Shown here: positions 26,049-39,286 of the stretch, one piece after another
Numbering within the stretch: the stretch's first letter is position 1
Layout: each line of letters begins with the position of its first letter
Assembly: GCF_039654945.1 (NCBI RefSeq)
Contig: NW_027361673.1
Span: 32,736,001-32,800,000, forward strand
Origin: Dendrobates tinctorius
Lineage: Eukaryota
Reading direction: 5' to 3'
Length of the DNA: 64,000 bases
The notes under the pieces: generated by a model
Told to the model about the DNA's origin: nothing
Databases searched by the model: none
The model's input: only the letters and a program-made list of their open reading frames with translations
Position numbers and translations under genes: made by a program

Positions 26049-26555
26049 TTAAATAAAAACCTCTGTGATCTCATTAAGACCCTGTGGTTTGAGGCTTCTT
26101 AATTTATAGATCCAATATACCTCTTTCCTCTTTAATTTCATAATCCTATTTGGAATATGAGCAGGGATATGATCAATAGGAATAATTTTTAACTTATTAA
26201 AATCTTTATTATGAACTAAGGTATAATGTCTCGAAAGACCATGGGTAAGAAGGCCTTTTTTTATGTTGTGTCTGTGGGAATTCAGACGGAGATTAAGTTG
26301 TTGTGTAGTTCTTCCTACATATTGCTTTCCGCAGGGGCATTCAATCATATAAATAATAAATTCAGAATTACAGTTTAGGAAGTAGGATATATTGAATTTC
26401 TCTTTAGTGGAAAAGGAGATAATATCCATCATCTTATGCCCAATACTCTGGCAGCATAAACAGTTCTTAGTACCACATTTAAAAGCCCCTTTAATAGTGT
26501 TTGAAATATGCCTCTCATGGCTGTTGATTACTGGCTTGAGGAGACTAGGTGCTAT
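26049..26555 (-). pseudogene. PLE-2 GIY-YIG endonuclease C-terminus (continues from 44651-44980)
   Basis: CGTKNCLCC linker; IIYMIECPCGKQYVGRT..R..SH...EVYWI....PQGLN. Joins in frame to ...TYRRAPTIRSII across the CTAT TSD. Confidence 0.9.
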
Positions 26556-27576
26556 TGTGGCGCCCCTAGGAGTATGGCCGCCACAGTGGCTTTGCGTTCC
26601 TCCAGGGGACGGTAATGCCAGGCTTGGAGGCAATGATGGGTCTCTCTCGCAGTCAATCCATACATGCAACACAGTTTCACTCTGGGCCAGCAGGGGGAAC
26701 TCTGAACCGGAATTAAGGGGAGGAGTGCTCTCTGAGGGCCAAGAGGAAGGGGTGGTCAGTTAGTCTGCGGAGGGTGAAGTGTGCAGACGTGTAAAGAGAA
26801 GCTGGAGGTTGAGCTGGGAAAGGAGAGCTCCCTCACAGTGAGCGCATGAACTGGAGCCTGGTCTCCACGGTTGTACGGATACTAACGGTCCTGCAACAGA
26901 CACCAGAGGAGTAGGAGGCTGTAAATGCCCTGCTCCCATCTAAGACTTGAGGGCACAACAGAAGCTTGGATAGTAAGCCAGGACTCAAGAGCGAGGAGTC
27001 CCCGAGAGAGGCTACAGCTGTCTGCCGTGCAAGTAAGGTTCTTGAGAACATCTGACAGGAGGAACTTCAGTGTAATTCGGTACTAGGAGTACTTCATTCA
27101 AACAAGCGCTAGGAAGGAGACTGCACTGCCCGTCTGCTGAGAGAGAATCCCTGAGTTGCTTCCAGGCTAGCCTGCTCCGTTAGCATCTGTAATCAGGACC
27201 CTGGACTTCAGTTATCAAGTAAAGGTACAGAAATTGCAACCCGCTGTGTCTTGTCTGCTTCCTACCCTTACGGCACTGCTACATCCCCGTGCCAACCACC
27301 TCTACACTGCCCTGGGACTATAGCTTCACCTGTGGGGAGCTTTTACATCCATGCTGCACCCTTCCATCAGTCCCAGCGGATCTGCATGCAGCGTCGGCTT
27401 AACACCTCCCTTGCCGAGCACCACAGGTGGCGTCACGAACTATTCCATTCCATTACCTACATTCCCCCATTACTTGGGCGCCCAGGGCCACGGATCGGGT
27501 CACCGCTGCTGTGACACATTTCCCTGACACCGGCCCGGCACTGAGTACCCCACAGCCCTGGGAGGGCGACCCAATT

Positions 27577-27594
27577 TGGCATCACGAACAGGAT
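27577..27594 (+). other. Primer-binding site, tRNA-Ser(CGA)-type
   Basis: TGGCATCACGAACAGGAT, one mismatch to the complement of the vertebrate tRNA-Ser(CGA) 3' end ATCCTGTTCGTGACGCCA (recalled sequence). Confidence 0.8.
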
Positions 27595-27902
27595 TACGGA
27601 GCCCGGTATCCCCGGGTCCTGTGTGCCATAGACTGTGCTTGTGTAAAAGACTTTGCGAAATTGGAGCCAATTGCCGCCATTGCCGCGCTGCTTGGTGCGT
27701 GCGGGGTGAAGAAGGGGCGGGCCTTCGTGGGCGGAGCCTGCCACAGAGCGCGAAGAAGTGAAGTGCCGCACGGGAAGAGGACAGCACGCGAGAGAAGGAG
27801 GAGCTGAGGCCTACAGCCGGAGCGTCGGGCCTGCGAAGCGGCCGCCGGTGAGCTCACACAACCCCCCCGGCCCTGGCTAACGTTAACTAGGGGGGGAAGA
27901 GA

Positions 27903-28880
27903 ATGTACGCGCCACACAACAATGCAGCGGTCCCCATAATGCCGCTGTCTATGCCCTCCATACCGAGAGCGGCCTGGCTACCGCAGTACTCGGGTGGGTC
28001 GCATACCCTGAGTGAATTTAAAGAGAGACTGTGCAGTTAGTTTAAAGTATACCCTCTGTCTGAAAGCCAGAAAGTGAATATCCTGATTGGACAGCTAACG
28101 GGTGCAGCACAGAGAGAGGTGCAAGCCTGGCAGGACACTGATAAAGAGACTGTTGCAAAGGTCCTGGCCAAGCTGAGAAGCACCTTTGACACCTGCACTG
28201 CAGCTGAAATCAAGATGAGGTTCTTTGGCTGTAAACACAGGGCACAGGACAGTATAAGGTACTATGCTCTCAACCTGCAGGAGGCGCTGCGAGCAGTTAA
28301 GCAAGTTGATCCTGATAGTGTGAAGGACGAGGACAAGCTGTTAAAGGAGCAGTTCATTGAAGGACTCCTCTCCAGTACCCAGAGAGGACAGTTGCGTATC
28401 ATAACCCTGCAAAACCATGATCTGGACTTTGCTGATTTTAAGGACAGGGCTATTCGGGTACTGCATGAATCCACTGTCAGCCGCCCAGTGCCCCCTAGGC
28501 GCCCAGCGATCACCTACCATCAGGAAGCAACATCTTTTCCTTCCATCCCCGTGGAGGCTGATGCACATACTCTGGATAAAAATCCAACTGAGGAGCTGCG
28601 TCTTCAGGTCCAGGAGTTGACCAAAGGGATGGCTGCACTTACGAAAACCGTGCAGTCCCTGCAAATGTCCTCCAAAGAAAAGATCCAGCTTGCTTCCAGT
28701 CCAGAGGATGTCCCGTGGCTCCGGAGGAGGAGAACCCCGCCACTTCGAGGAAGGAACAACCATCGCTATGACCAGGATGGACGTCCCATCTGTCGTCGCT
28801 GCTACAAGGCAGGTCATCTTGCAAGATTTTGTCCTTTAAACGAGCAACCCCTGGGGCAGAGGGCCAACCCCCAGGAATAG
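27903..28880 (+). pseudogene. gag: Gypsy gag
   Basis: CCHC knuckle CRRCYKAGHLARFC and LKEQFIEGL. In-frame TAG at 28038-28040. Confidence 0.88.
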
Positions 28881-31800
28881 GATCCCCAGGCACAAGGAAC
28901 TGGAGAGCCAAGTATGTTGGAAGGAGACCAATCCTTCCAGTGGTGATTGACGGCATCCCCATGAACGCTTTGCTGGACACTGGCTCCCAGGTGACCACTA
29001 TGCCGTACATTCTGTACAAGAGGTATTGGGCTGATTCAAAACTTACCCGTGGCCCAACTGATGAACTGACAGTAGTTGCCAGTAATGGTCAGTCTTTGCC
29101 GCAGATAGGTTGTAAAGAAATTACTGTTAAAGTGGGTCGGGTAGAGCTAAAATCTCAAGGTCTGATAGTTGTTGATATTGATCGACGTAAATGTAATCCC
29201 ATGATGACTCTTGGTACAAATGTAATTGAAAACTGTCTGTCCGAGGTTATTGTCTTGTTGCAACAGGTGGCTGAGACTGCTGGTTCCAGTGAACAACGAG
29301 TCCTGCAGAAGGAGATCAGAGCCCTGATGCAAAGACAACAGGTAGATCTCTCTGGCGGAGAAATTGGCAGTGTCAGAGTGAGTGATCCCTTCCCCATTGC
29401 AATACCCCCCAGATGTGAAATGTTGGTTTGGTGTCGGGAGCTATAGGTCTTAGAGGGAGATATTACCAGGCATTGGTAGAACCAGTATACTCCGATAGCA
29501 GGCCCACTGTCCTGACAGACAGAGGGGTGGTTGATGTACGAAAGGGGAGAGTACCTGTACACCTTTTGAATTGTGGGGAAGAGGAGGCCACGATACCTAG
29601 GTACGCCACAGTTGCTAAGCTGCTCACTGTCAACAACAACTCTTTGCAGGCAGCAGAGCCCTTGGCCTCATCCGATCAGGTGGAGGACAATGGCTCTGTG
29701 AAGCAGCTGGAGGAGTGGTGCCAGCAACTGCAGGTGGGGACTGACTCTACACCTTCATACCAGAAAAATGGGGTTTACAGAGTGACACAAGCGTATGAGC
29801 GGGTATTCAGCAAACACCCACTAGATTTTGGGCATGCAAAAGGGGTTCAACATCATATCCCCACTGGAGACCATCCACCCATAAAGGAGAGGTACAGACC
29901 TATACCCCCAACACAATATCAATGTGCTAAGAGTATGTTGAGAGAGATGAAGGAAGCTGGGGTTATCAGAGACAGTTGTAGCCCATGGGCAGCTCCAATA
30001 GTTTTTGTAAAGAAAAAGGATGGTACCATGAGAATGTGTGTTGATTACAGGAAAATTAACAGCATTACACATAAAGATGCCTACCCATTACCCATAATTG
30101 AGGAATCATTAGCTGCACTTAAAACTGCTAATTAATTACTTTTCCACCTTGGATCTCCCCAGTGGGTATTGGCAGGTTCCCGTGGCAGAGGCAAACAAGG
30201 AGAAAACCGCATTTACCACTCCAATGGGTCTCTGTGAGTTCAATTATATGCCATTTGGGCTCTGCACTGCTCCAGGAACATTTCAACGGCTGAAGGAGTG
30301 CTGCCTGGGACACATGAACTTTGAGACGGTCCTGTTGTACCTGGATGATGTCATTGTTTTCTCCAAAACCTATGAAGATCATCTGGAACACCTGGCTGAA
30401 GTGTTTGAAGCTTTGTCCAATTTTGGCCTGAAGGTGAAGCCTTCCAAATGCCACCTCCTGAAGCCCAAGGTATAGTACCTCGGTCATGTGGTCAGTGCAG
30501 AAGGTGTGGCACCAGATCCGGACAAGGTCACAGTCATCCGGGACTGGCCGAAGCCCAGCAACCTTCATGAAGTACGCCAATTCCTTTGACTGGTAGGCTA
30601 CTACCGAAGATTCATCAAGGGCTTTACCGAAATAGCCACCCCTATGCAAAACCTTCTGGTGGGGCAGTCCAAGAAGACCAAACAGAAAAATTCCACCTTT
30701 GAATGGACTGAAGAGTTGGAGAGATCCTTCACTCGGCTGAAGATGGCTCTCACCGGTGATGAAGTTCTGGCCTACCCAGATTATGACAAACCCTTTGTGC
30801 TGTACACTGATGCCAGCAATGTGGGACTAGGAGCAGTACTATCGCAGGTACAGAATGGAAAGGAAAGAGTGATCTCCGACGCCAGCAGGAAGCTGCGCCC
30901 CACTGAAAGGAACCCTGACAACTACAGTTCTTTCAAGCTGGTGTTCCTTGCCATAGTCTGGGCCATCACAGAAAGGTTCAAACATTACCTAGCCTCCGCC
31001 AAGTTCACTATCTTCACGGACGACAATCCGTTGACGCATTTGGACACTGCAAAACTAGGTGCACTGGAACAGCGATGGATGGCTCGGCTATCTAACTATG
31101 AGTTTACCATCTAGTACCGGGCAGGGCACAAGAATGCCAATGCTGATGCGCTGTCCAGAATGCCTAACCTACCAGATGCAGGAGAAGACCCTGAGGCTCT
31201 TGAAGAAATAGAGTTACCTCCCTTCCACCGGCCACTTGCGGCCCAGCGTGCTCAAGGAGTGAGAAACCGACGGTCTGGCTTTAAGGAGTTCACCCTGAAT
31301 CCATTGCCCCATCATGATTGGGCAGAAATGCAAGATAGTGACCCTGCAGTCCGCCTGATGAAGGAGCTGCTGACACGAGCTGACTCACGTCCAGAGTCGG
31401 ATGCTCCTGAAGAAACTCAGCAGTTGTGGAAGGAGAGAGGCCGGCTGTTCATTTATGAAGGGAAGCTGTGTCGGAGGAGTATCAATGCCCGCACTCATGA
31501 GCTGGTCTGGCAGGTGATAGTCACAAAGAGAGAGGCATCAATGGTCCTGGAGGCATACCACAATGGAGCTTTACACTTCGGATGGAAGAAGTTGGAAACA
31601 TTGCTCCGAGAGAGGTTCTACTAGGCTGGTATGAGGAAAGCCATTAAGAGGTGGTGCCGGGAGTGTGACAACGTAACCTGCGCAGAAAGGATCGAGACAG
31701 CCAGAGAGCTCCTCTACAGCCAATCATCACCAAACAGCCCCTTGAGTTGGTAGCCCTGGACCATGTGAAGCTGGTTCCAAGCCGGTCAGGCTACATCTAT

Positions 31801-32870
31801 GCTCTTACCATTGTGGACCACTACTCAAGATTCCTGGTAGTTGTGCCTGTCAAAGATCAGACAGCCAGGACAGCAGCCAGAGCATTCCAACAGCACTTCT
31901 GTAGACCACATGGGTATCCTGAAAGAGTGCTCACGGATCAAGGCCCAGCTTTCGAGGCAGAAGTGTTCCAAGAATTCTGTAACCTGTGTGGTTGTAAGAA
32001 GATCAGGACAACACCGTACCACCCACAGACCAATGGCATGTGCGAGAAGATTCACCAGGTAGTGATTGACCTCCTGAAGACTTTGCCCTTGGAGGAGAGG
32101 AATCTGTGGCCAGATAAGTTGCCCGATCTGGTAGACCTCTACAACCATATTCCAGTGAACTCTACCAACTGTACCCCAGCCTACTTAATGAGAGCAAGAC
32201 CTGGTAAGCTGCCTATTGACATAGACATGGGAGTCCTGACACCTGAAGTAGCGTCGCCAGATGCTGATTGAGACACGGAGAGGCAGCAGCAGTACAGGAG
32301 GGTTCAAGAATGTGTGGAGAAGAGTCTAGCCCAGGCAAGACAAAGGCAGGAGAAGCTTTACAATCAAAATGCACCTGCCGTTCCTTTGTCGCCGGGAGAG
32401 GAAGTCTTGAAAAGGAAGAGAAGATTGCACAAATTGGATGATCAATGGGAAGCTGAACCTTATACCATTCTGCCCTCAAACTTTGATAATACTAAGGTAT
32501 GCCTTGTTAGTAAAGATGGAGGAGAGACCTCAGCAGCGGTATCGAGAGATCATTTGAAGTTATGCCCTGACCAGTTAAAAGAAAGAAGAGAAGAACCAGA
32601 TAACATCCAGCCCGTAGTGGAAGAAGAGAAAGTCAGCACAGTGCTTGGGGAATTCCCTGCGAATTGGACTAAAGTGAACGATGCTATAGTGGTGCCAGTG
32701 TTGACATTTCCCCAACTGGTAGTACAGGGAGAAGTGACTCAAGAGAATCAGGAAAATCAGGTAGCAGATGCCACACCAGCAGTGAAGCCAGAGAACCCTC
32801 GCCCTGCCAGTGGTGAACCTGTTGTGCCCCTGGTGAGTCTAAGAGTTCACAGACAATCTAGTATCCCTGT
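28829..32870 (+). pseudogene. pol: Gypsy pol (PR, RT, RNase H, integrase) with several stops and frameshifts; tail resumes at 43199
   Basis: LLDTGS, SPWAAPIV..KKDG, YLDDV, YTDAS, IVDHYSR, LTDQG, PYHPQTNGMCE. Confidence 0.93.
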
Positions 32871-34317
32871 TGATAGGAACTGAAGGAGTTAAATTGAGTT
32901 CTGTCTATGTTGTATTTTCTTGTTTAGACTCATCTTACCTGTTCCCTTGAGAACTAAAACCAGATAACAGATGAATTCCTGTTTTTCAGCCTACGTGGCT
33001 TCCTCTGTCTTGTTGAAACCAGTTGTGAAATTGTTTTATACTACGCATGTCTGTAAATGTTTAACTTCTTTGCTATAAAGAATGGAAACCTAACTGATAA
33101 GCCAGAGGCGTCTCAGCAGGCTTCCCGAGTTGTACAATACAGCGTAAGTCTGTGTTATTCTTCTCGACGGAGCAATCAATTAGAGACATATGGTGTCTCA
33201 CACCCAAGAACATCGGTCCTTCAGGTGAAAGAGGTACTCTGAGGGATCCCGACAGTTTCCTGACGCCCGAAACAGTGACCTGATATAGGCACCTCTCCAA
33301 GACTACCCGATCAACAGACCATTCCAGTTACTGATGAAATTGTGAACAGCAGACCTAAACACCTGGCCAGGTAAGAGATCAATTCTTCTCTTCTCTGCTC
33401 TTCATAATCTATCATTGTAACTAAGGTCCGTATAAAGGGGAATCTAGTAGAGGAGGGGGCCGTAGGATCAGGTCTATATAAGAACTCTGAGGAAATCGGG
33501 TGTGATACGCATATGTAATTTTTGCTCGAATGAGAGGTCATTGCAGATTCTGTCTGTGTACTGCTATCTTCAGGAGAAGAACTGATGCAAATCATAACGG
33601 CTATGGTGATTGGATATTTGCAGGAACAACCCCAGACACCAATATAAGAAAGTTTCATTATGCCAAAAAGGGAGATCAGTGGTGGATACTGTTAGCATTG
33701 AATACACATATCCCATTGAGTAATACGTTGAGAGGTCAGACATTACGGAATATAAGGCTAGGTGAACAGTTCATATTACAAAGCCCAGACGGACAAGTTT
33801 TCCACAATAGAAGATTCCGTGTTAGGAATCAGGGAGGTTGTTGAGTGGCTGCTCTGAGTTGAAGGATTGTGGAAAGTAGAAAATAAGCTGCACAGCAGGT
33901 ATTCGTTCAAAGAGTGGTGATATTGCCTAACTGGGTCATGTGACAGCGTCCTTTCGGGGAGGTCACCGCCTAAGCTTAAATCAACACCCTTTACGAATAA
34001 ACCTTGTGACAGATAAGAGTGTGATTGAATGAGCACAGGATAACAATATAAGCCTGTGACAAGATATGACTGAAGAAACCCAGTGAATGGATGTCCTGTT
34101 CACATCCCTGTGTATCGTGGGAGTGCTTCTGTTTGCAGTGTATATAGCGTATAAGTATACGAAACATATAATACAAAGAGGAACAGAAACTCCATTCAGT
34201 CTGTTAGCACCTTAGGAAGAAGGTAACGAGGTATAGTAGAGCTGAGTCTTGAGCTTACCCAATACACCACCTAAGGCAGGGGACTAACAGAAGGGATAAG
34301 TGATACGGGACAAGAAA

Positions 34318-35700
34318 ATGGGAAACAGTCAGGGGAAAACAGTGGTAGAAGGAAAATTGTTAAGTGAGATAATAAAGGACAGATGTGGAAGTAGTGCAGC
34401 AAAGGACCTAAAAGCAGTATTAAGAGAGTTTAAGTTAAAAGGTAAAGAAGCTCTAGATGAAGAAAAGTGGAAGGAGATAAAAGACATAAAATCAGGAAGA
34501 ATTGCAGACAATGAGTGGGGGGAACAAGTGGAGGCATGCATTAAAGTATCACAGGTTGCTAAGCGAGAGAACTGGGCATATAATGAGAAAACAAAACGAT
34601 GGATTCGTCCCAAAGAATTTAGCCCTGTGTCAGAGAAGCAGGAACCACCACCATATCCTGCCCCAGCCCGTATAACAACCCCACCTGCAGCACCGGTTAT
34701 ATCACTGCCCACCGGACTGTGCCCTGATGTACAATCACCATTACCTAGCAATGGCGATCTAGGATGGACTTGTAATAATTGTGGTCAACAAAATCCAGAC
34801 TGGAGAGAGACGTGTCTAGCCTGTGGAGCACCCCGTTACCATCACCCTAGCAGATTAGCCCCCGTTAGGACCCAAATACGCCCTTTCAGGGAAACAGATG
34901 AACAGGGTGTTACCCGCACCAGACAGATTCAGACTACCCATTATACTCCATGGTCCGCTCCAGAATGTATGGCATTATTGTCTAATGCTCCAGATCCCAC
35001 TACCTTTCCTATGGGGTTTGCCCGGTACATAAGACAAGTACTGACTGTACACAGAGGGACCTGGTTGGATGGGGAAGACTTATGCAGATTAAAACTACCA
35101 ATAACTACCCAAGGGGAGTTTTCACAGATTGTTGGACCAAATAGACCCACTGATAATGATCAAGAAGGTAATCCTCGAACTCAGGCTTCGAGAGAGCCCT
35201 TTTTAACTGCCCTTGACAATTTTATGCAGACGAAGCAGAGACAGAGAGGTAACATGACAGCCATACCGCAGAAACCGGGACAGTCAGTGACCGATTTCTT
35301 TCGGATATTGGAAACGGCGTTCCAAGATGAGGGTCTTGATACAAATAATGAGGGGGTATCACGACTATTAGCAAAAGCCTTTATGGAAGGGTTGCTCAAA
35401 GAAATACGAGATCCCCTGAAAATAAGCACCCCTGATTGGAGATCAGTACCTGATGTCCATGGATTAAGACAAAAAGCTATGGGCATTGAATTAGATTTGC
35501 AGGAAAGGAAGAATGCACCACCGGCCAAAACAAGAGTAGCGGTGACCCAATTTGACAACCAAGGACATCCAATCAATGAGGTTAGGAGGAGAACTTTTAC
35601 ATGTCATTACTGTAAAAAGCCAGGTCATTTCCAGAGAGATTGCCGTAAACGAAAAGCGGATAGAGAATCTCAGCCTAGGAGGGAGGAACCTACTAACTGA
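34318..35700 (+). CDS. gag: ERV Gag, open reading frame intact
   Basis: MGNSQG myristoylation-type start, PPPY late domain, RanBP2-type finger, MHR-like QKPGQSVTDF, CCHC CHYCKKPGHFQRDC. Confidence 0.92.
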   Translation: MGNSQGKTVVEGKLLSEIIKDRCGSSAAKDLKAVLREFKLKGKEALDEEKWKEIKDIKSGRIADNEWGEQVEACIKVSQVAKRENWAYNEKTKRWIRPKEFSPVSEKQEPPPYPAPARITTPPAAPVISLPTGLCPDVQSPLPSNGDLGWTCNNCGQQNPDWRETCLACGAPRYHHPSRLAPVRTQIRPFRETDEQGVTRTRQIQTTHYTPWSAPECMALLSNAPDPTTFPMGFARYIRQVLTVHRGTWLDGEDLCRLKLPITTQGEFSQIVGPNRPTDNDQEGNPRTQASREPFLTALDNFMQTKQRQRGNMTAIPQKPGQSVTDFFRILETAFQDEGLDTNNEGVSRLLAKAFMEGLLKEIRDPLKISTPDWRSVPDVHGLRQKAMGIELDLQERKNAPPAKTRVAVTQFDNQGHPINEVRRRTFTCHYCKKPGHFQRDCRKRKADRESQPRREEPTN

Positions 35701-38700
35701 CTAGGTGCAGTTAGAATGCAACTTGATTCTAGGGAACCAGTAGTTAAAATCAAAGTAAATGGAAAAAAGGTACCTTTTCTATTAGATACTGGAGCAACCT
35801 CTTCAGTGGTTAATGACAAAGTAATAACTCCAGATCTCCTTTCAGAAAACTCGACCTTTGTTTCAGGATTTAGTGGACAATCTAGCTTAATCCCTTTTAG
35901 CAAACCTCAGAGTTAAAGTAGGACCTAAAATGTTTCTGAATAAATTTTTGTTTGTCAAAAAAGCACCAATTTGCCTATTGGGAGTAGATGTACTAAAGAA
36001 ACTGCAGGCAGATATCAAATTTACTGAAGATGGTACAGTACACCTTACCATTCCAGATGAGGAAGGGGATGCTATTGAGGCTTGCATGATAATTCAAGCT
36101 CTCGAGTCACAAAATCATGATGACACCACATCACAACCATGGGACTCAGCCCTAGACGAATTACCTGATACCTTATGGGCAAAAGGGAATGCGGATATTG
36201 GCTTACTTCCCGTATCCCCAGTTGTGGTAGAGGTGCCCGCAGACACAAGACTGCCACAGCTGCGGCAGTACCCTATCAGTGCCCAACAAGAGGCTGCTAT
36301 TGAGGCACAAGTCACTGATCTTGTAAACAATGGAGCATTGGTGTCAATTAAATCACAAGCTAATACGCCATTGTTTCCTGTCAAAAAGAAAGGAGGACCA
36401 GGTGATGCCCCGAAATATCGCATGGTACATGATCTGAGAGAGATAAATAAGGTCCTTGTTCCTTTGACACCAGTAGTACCTAACCCACACACGCTATTGG
36501 CAAAAATCCCTAGTCAATCGAAATGTTTTTCAGTGATTGATTTGTCAAACGCATTTTTCTCAGTGCCCCTCCACAAAAGCTGTTAGCATCTGTTCGCTTT
36601 TACATTTAAGGGCAAACAATATGCCTGGACCAGACTGCCACAGGGCATGCAGCATTCACCCACACTGTACACGCAGGCATTGCAATCTGTGTTGGCCGGC
36701 TGGCCACACCCACCTGATATTGTGCTCTTACAATATGTGGATGACCTGTTGCTTTGTGCACCTGATGAGGCTAACTGTAGAATCCATACACTTTCACTAC
36801 TGATGTTTTTATCAGACAATGGATGTAAGGTCAACAGAGAAAAGTTACAGTTTTGCCAACCAAAAGTCGTATTCTTAGGACATTGTCTATCACACGGTAC
36901 CCGACACTTAACCAATGACAGAATTACAATTGTACAACAAATGAAGGAACCGACAACCCACAAGCAGTTGAGAGCATATTTGGGTTTAGTTTCGTCTTGC
37001 CGCCAATGGGTCATACATGCTAGTGAACATATGCAGCCACTGTATGATTGCATCAACACAATACCTTTCCAACTGACTGACATTGCACGAGACTCATTTC
37101 AGTATCTGAAGAAGGCCATAGTGTCAGCCCCAGCATTAGGTATACCTAACTATGATATACCCTTTCAACTGATGGCCGCTGAAATTAGAGGGCATGCTAC
37201 TGGCATTTTGACACAGAAACATGACAAAAAGAATAGACCCCTTGCATACTATTCTGCCAAACTAGACTCAGTAGCACAGGGAACACCATCCTGTGTTAGA
37301 GCAGTCTCTGCAATCGCATTGCTACTTGACAAAGTTTCTGATATTGTACTGGATAACCCACTAACTGTCTGTACCACACATGATATATACGGTATCCTGA
37401 ATCAGGTTTCTGCTAAACATATTTCTATGGCAAGACAACTCAGATTGCAATGTGCCTTGCTTATGCCTCCTAATGTTACATTTACTAAAACTCAGAATCT
37501 GAATCTGGCTACATTGTTGCCAATTGCAGATTCTGAAGGGGGGGATATAGATGAGAACACATTATCGCTTTCTTTTGAGCCCCCACACGAGGTTGAACAT
37601 GATTGCATAGAACTGATGCAGCAAGAAGTTGTTGGCTTGCCCAATGTCACAGACACACCATTGTCAAATCCAGACTTTATATTTTTTGTGGATGGCAGCA
37701 GATATGCCGATGAAAGTGGAAAATTCCACACAGGATATGCGGTAGTGTCACCACATGAGACTATTGTAGCAAAGGCACTTCCACCCCACATGTCCGCACA
37801 AGAGGCTGAGCTGACAGCTCTGAATGAGGCATTAAAACTTTCCAAAGGACAAACAGCAAATATCTACACTGACTCAAGATATGCCTTTGGGATAGTACAT
37901 GATTTTGGGGTTTTGTGGCGCACAAGGGGTTTCATGACAGCAGCAGGAACACCCATAAAACATGCCACACTGATCAGAGACATCCTCGAGAATGTGGCCC
38001 AGACACAGGGGGTGGCCGTTATGAGGGTGCCAGCACACACCAGAAAAGACAACATGGAAGCAAAAGGCAACGAGAAAGCAGACCAGGCGGCGAAGCAAGC
38101 TGCCTTGGGGACTCCAGAAAAAGTAAACATAGTGCACAAGGATGCATCAGAATTGTTTACAGACTTACAAAGGTTCCAAGAAGACTCCGCTCAGACGGAC
38201 AAGGAAACTTGGGAAAAGATGGGAGCTGAGAAGACGAACGGAATGTGGAAGAAAGATCAGAAGTACTGCTTGCCTAGGGTTTTGTACCCAAGGATGGCAG
38301 AAGCAGTTCACCTTCCAACTCACATGTCCGCCAATGGAATGACGCGCCTAGTCACGAAGGTTTGGATTGCTCCTGGGTTTGGGAAGGTGGCGCAGCTACA
38401 CTGTATCTCCTGTCCCATATGCCTAGCACACAATCCCGGACAGGTAGTGAAAACTCCACGGAAACACAGTCCTAGGCCGTTATATCCCTTCCAGAGACTA
38501 CAGATCGACTACATTCAACTCCCCAGAAGTGGACCATATGAATATGTTCTGGTGTGTGTTGACATGTTCTCTGGATGGCCAGAGGCCTACCCGGTGAAAA
38601 CGGCTACAGCTCGAGCCACTGCAAAGAAACTAGTGATGGAACTAGTACCACGATTCGGTGTTCCTGAAATAATTGAATCAGACAGAGGCACACATTTCAC

Positions 38701-39277
38701 TGCTGAGGTAATGCAAAATGTAATGCAAATGATAGGTGTAGAACAAGCATTTCATACACCCTACCACCCACAGAGTTCAGGGAAGGTAGAAAGAATGAAT
38801 GGGACACTAAAATTAAAAATACAGAAAACCATGGAACAGACCCATAGACCATGGCCAGAGTGTCTTCCGTTAGCATTATTCTCAGTAAAGTACACACCCA
38901 TGGGGAAAACTAAACTGTCACCCTTCGAGATATTGTTTGGAAGACCACCAAACACAGGGTTGTACTACCCACAGGTCTTAACACTCAATGTGGATAATTT
39001 GACAAGTTATGTAATCCAGTTGCAAAAGCATTTAACTCAAATGCATTCTCTAGTTTTCTCTTCCATTCCAGATCCAGATAGTGTGGAAGGAACTCACTGT
39101 CTACAACCCGGTGATTACGTATATGTCAAGAAACACTCCAGAAAGACCCTTGAACCCCGATATCAAGGACCTTACCAAGTACTCCTAACAACGCCTACTT
39201 CTGTTAAGTTGGAAGGACGACCAACCTGGATCCACGCATCGCATTGCAAACTAGCCACAGGAATTAACAAAGCATAA
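35701..39277 (+). pseudogene. pol: ERV pro-pol with a frameshift near 35907 and TAG at 36584-36586
   Basis: LLDTGA, LPQG, YVDDLL, FVDGS (RNase H), HHCC, QIDY..SDRG..YHPQSSGKVER, GPY. Confidence 0.93.
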
Positions 39278-39286
39278 GAGTGCATA

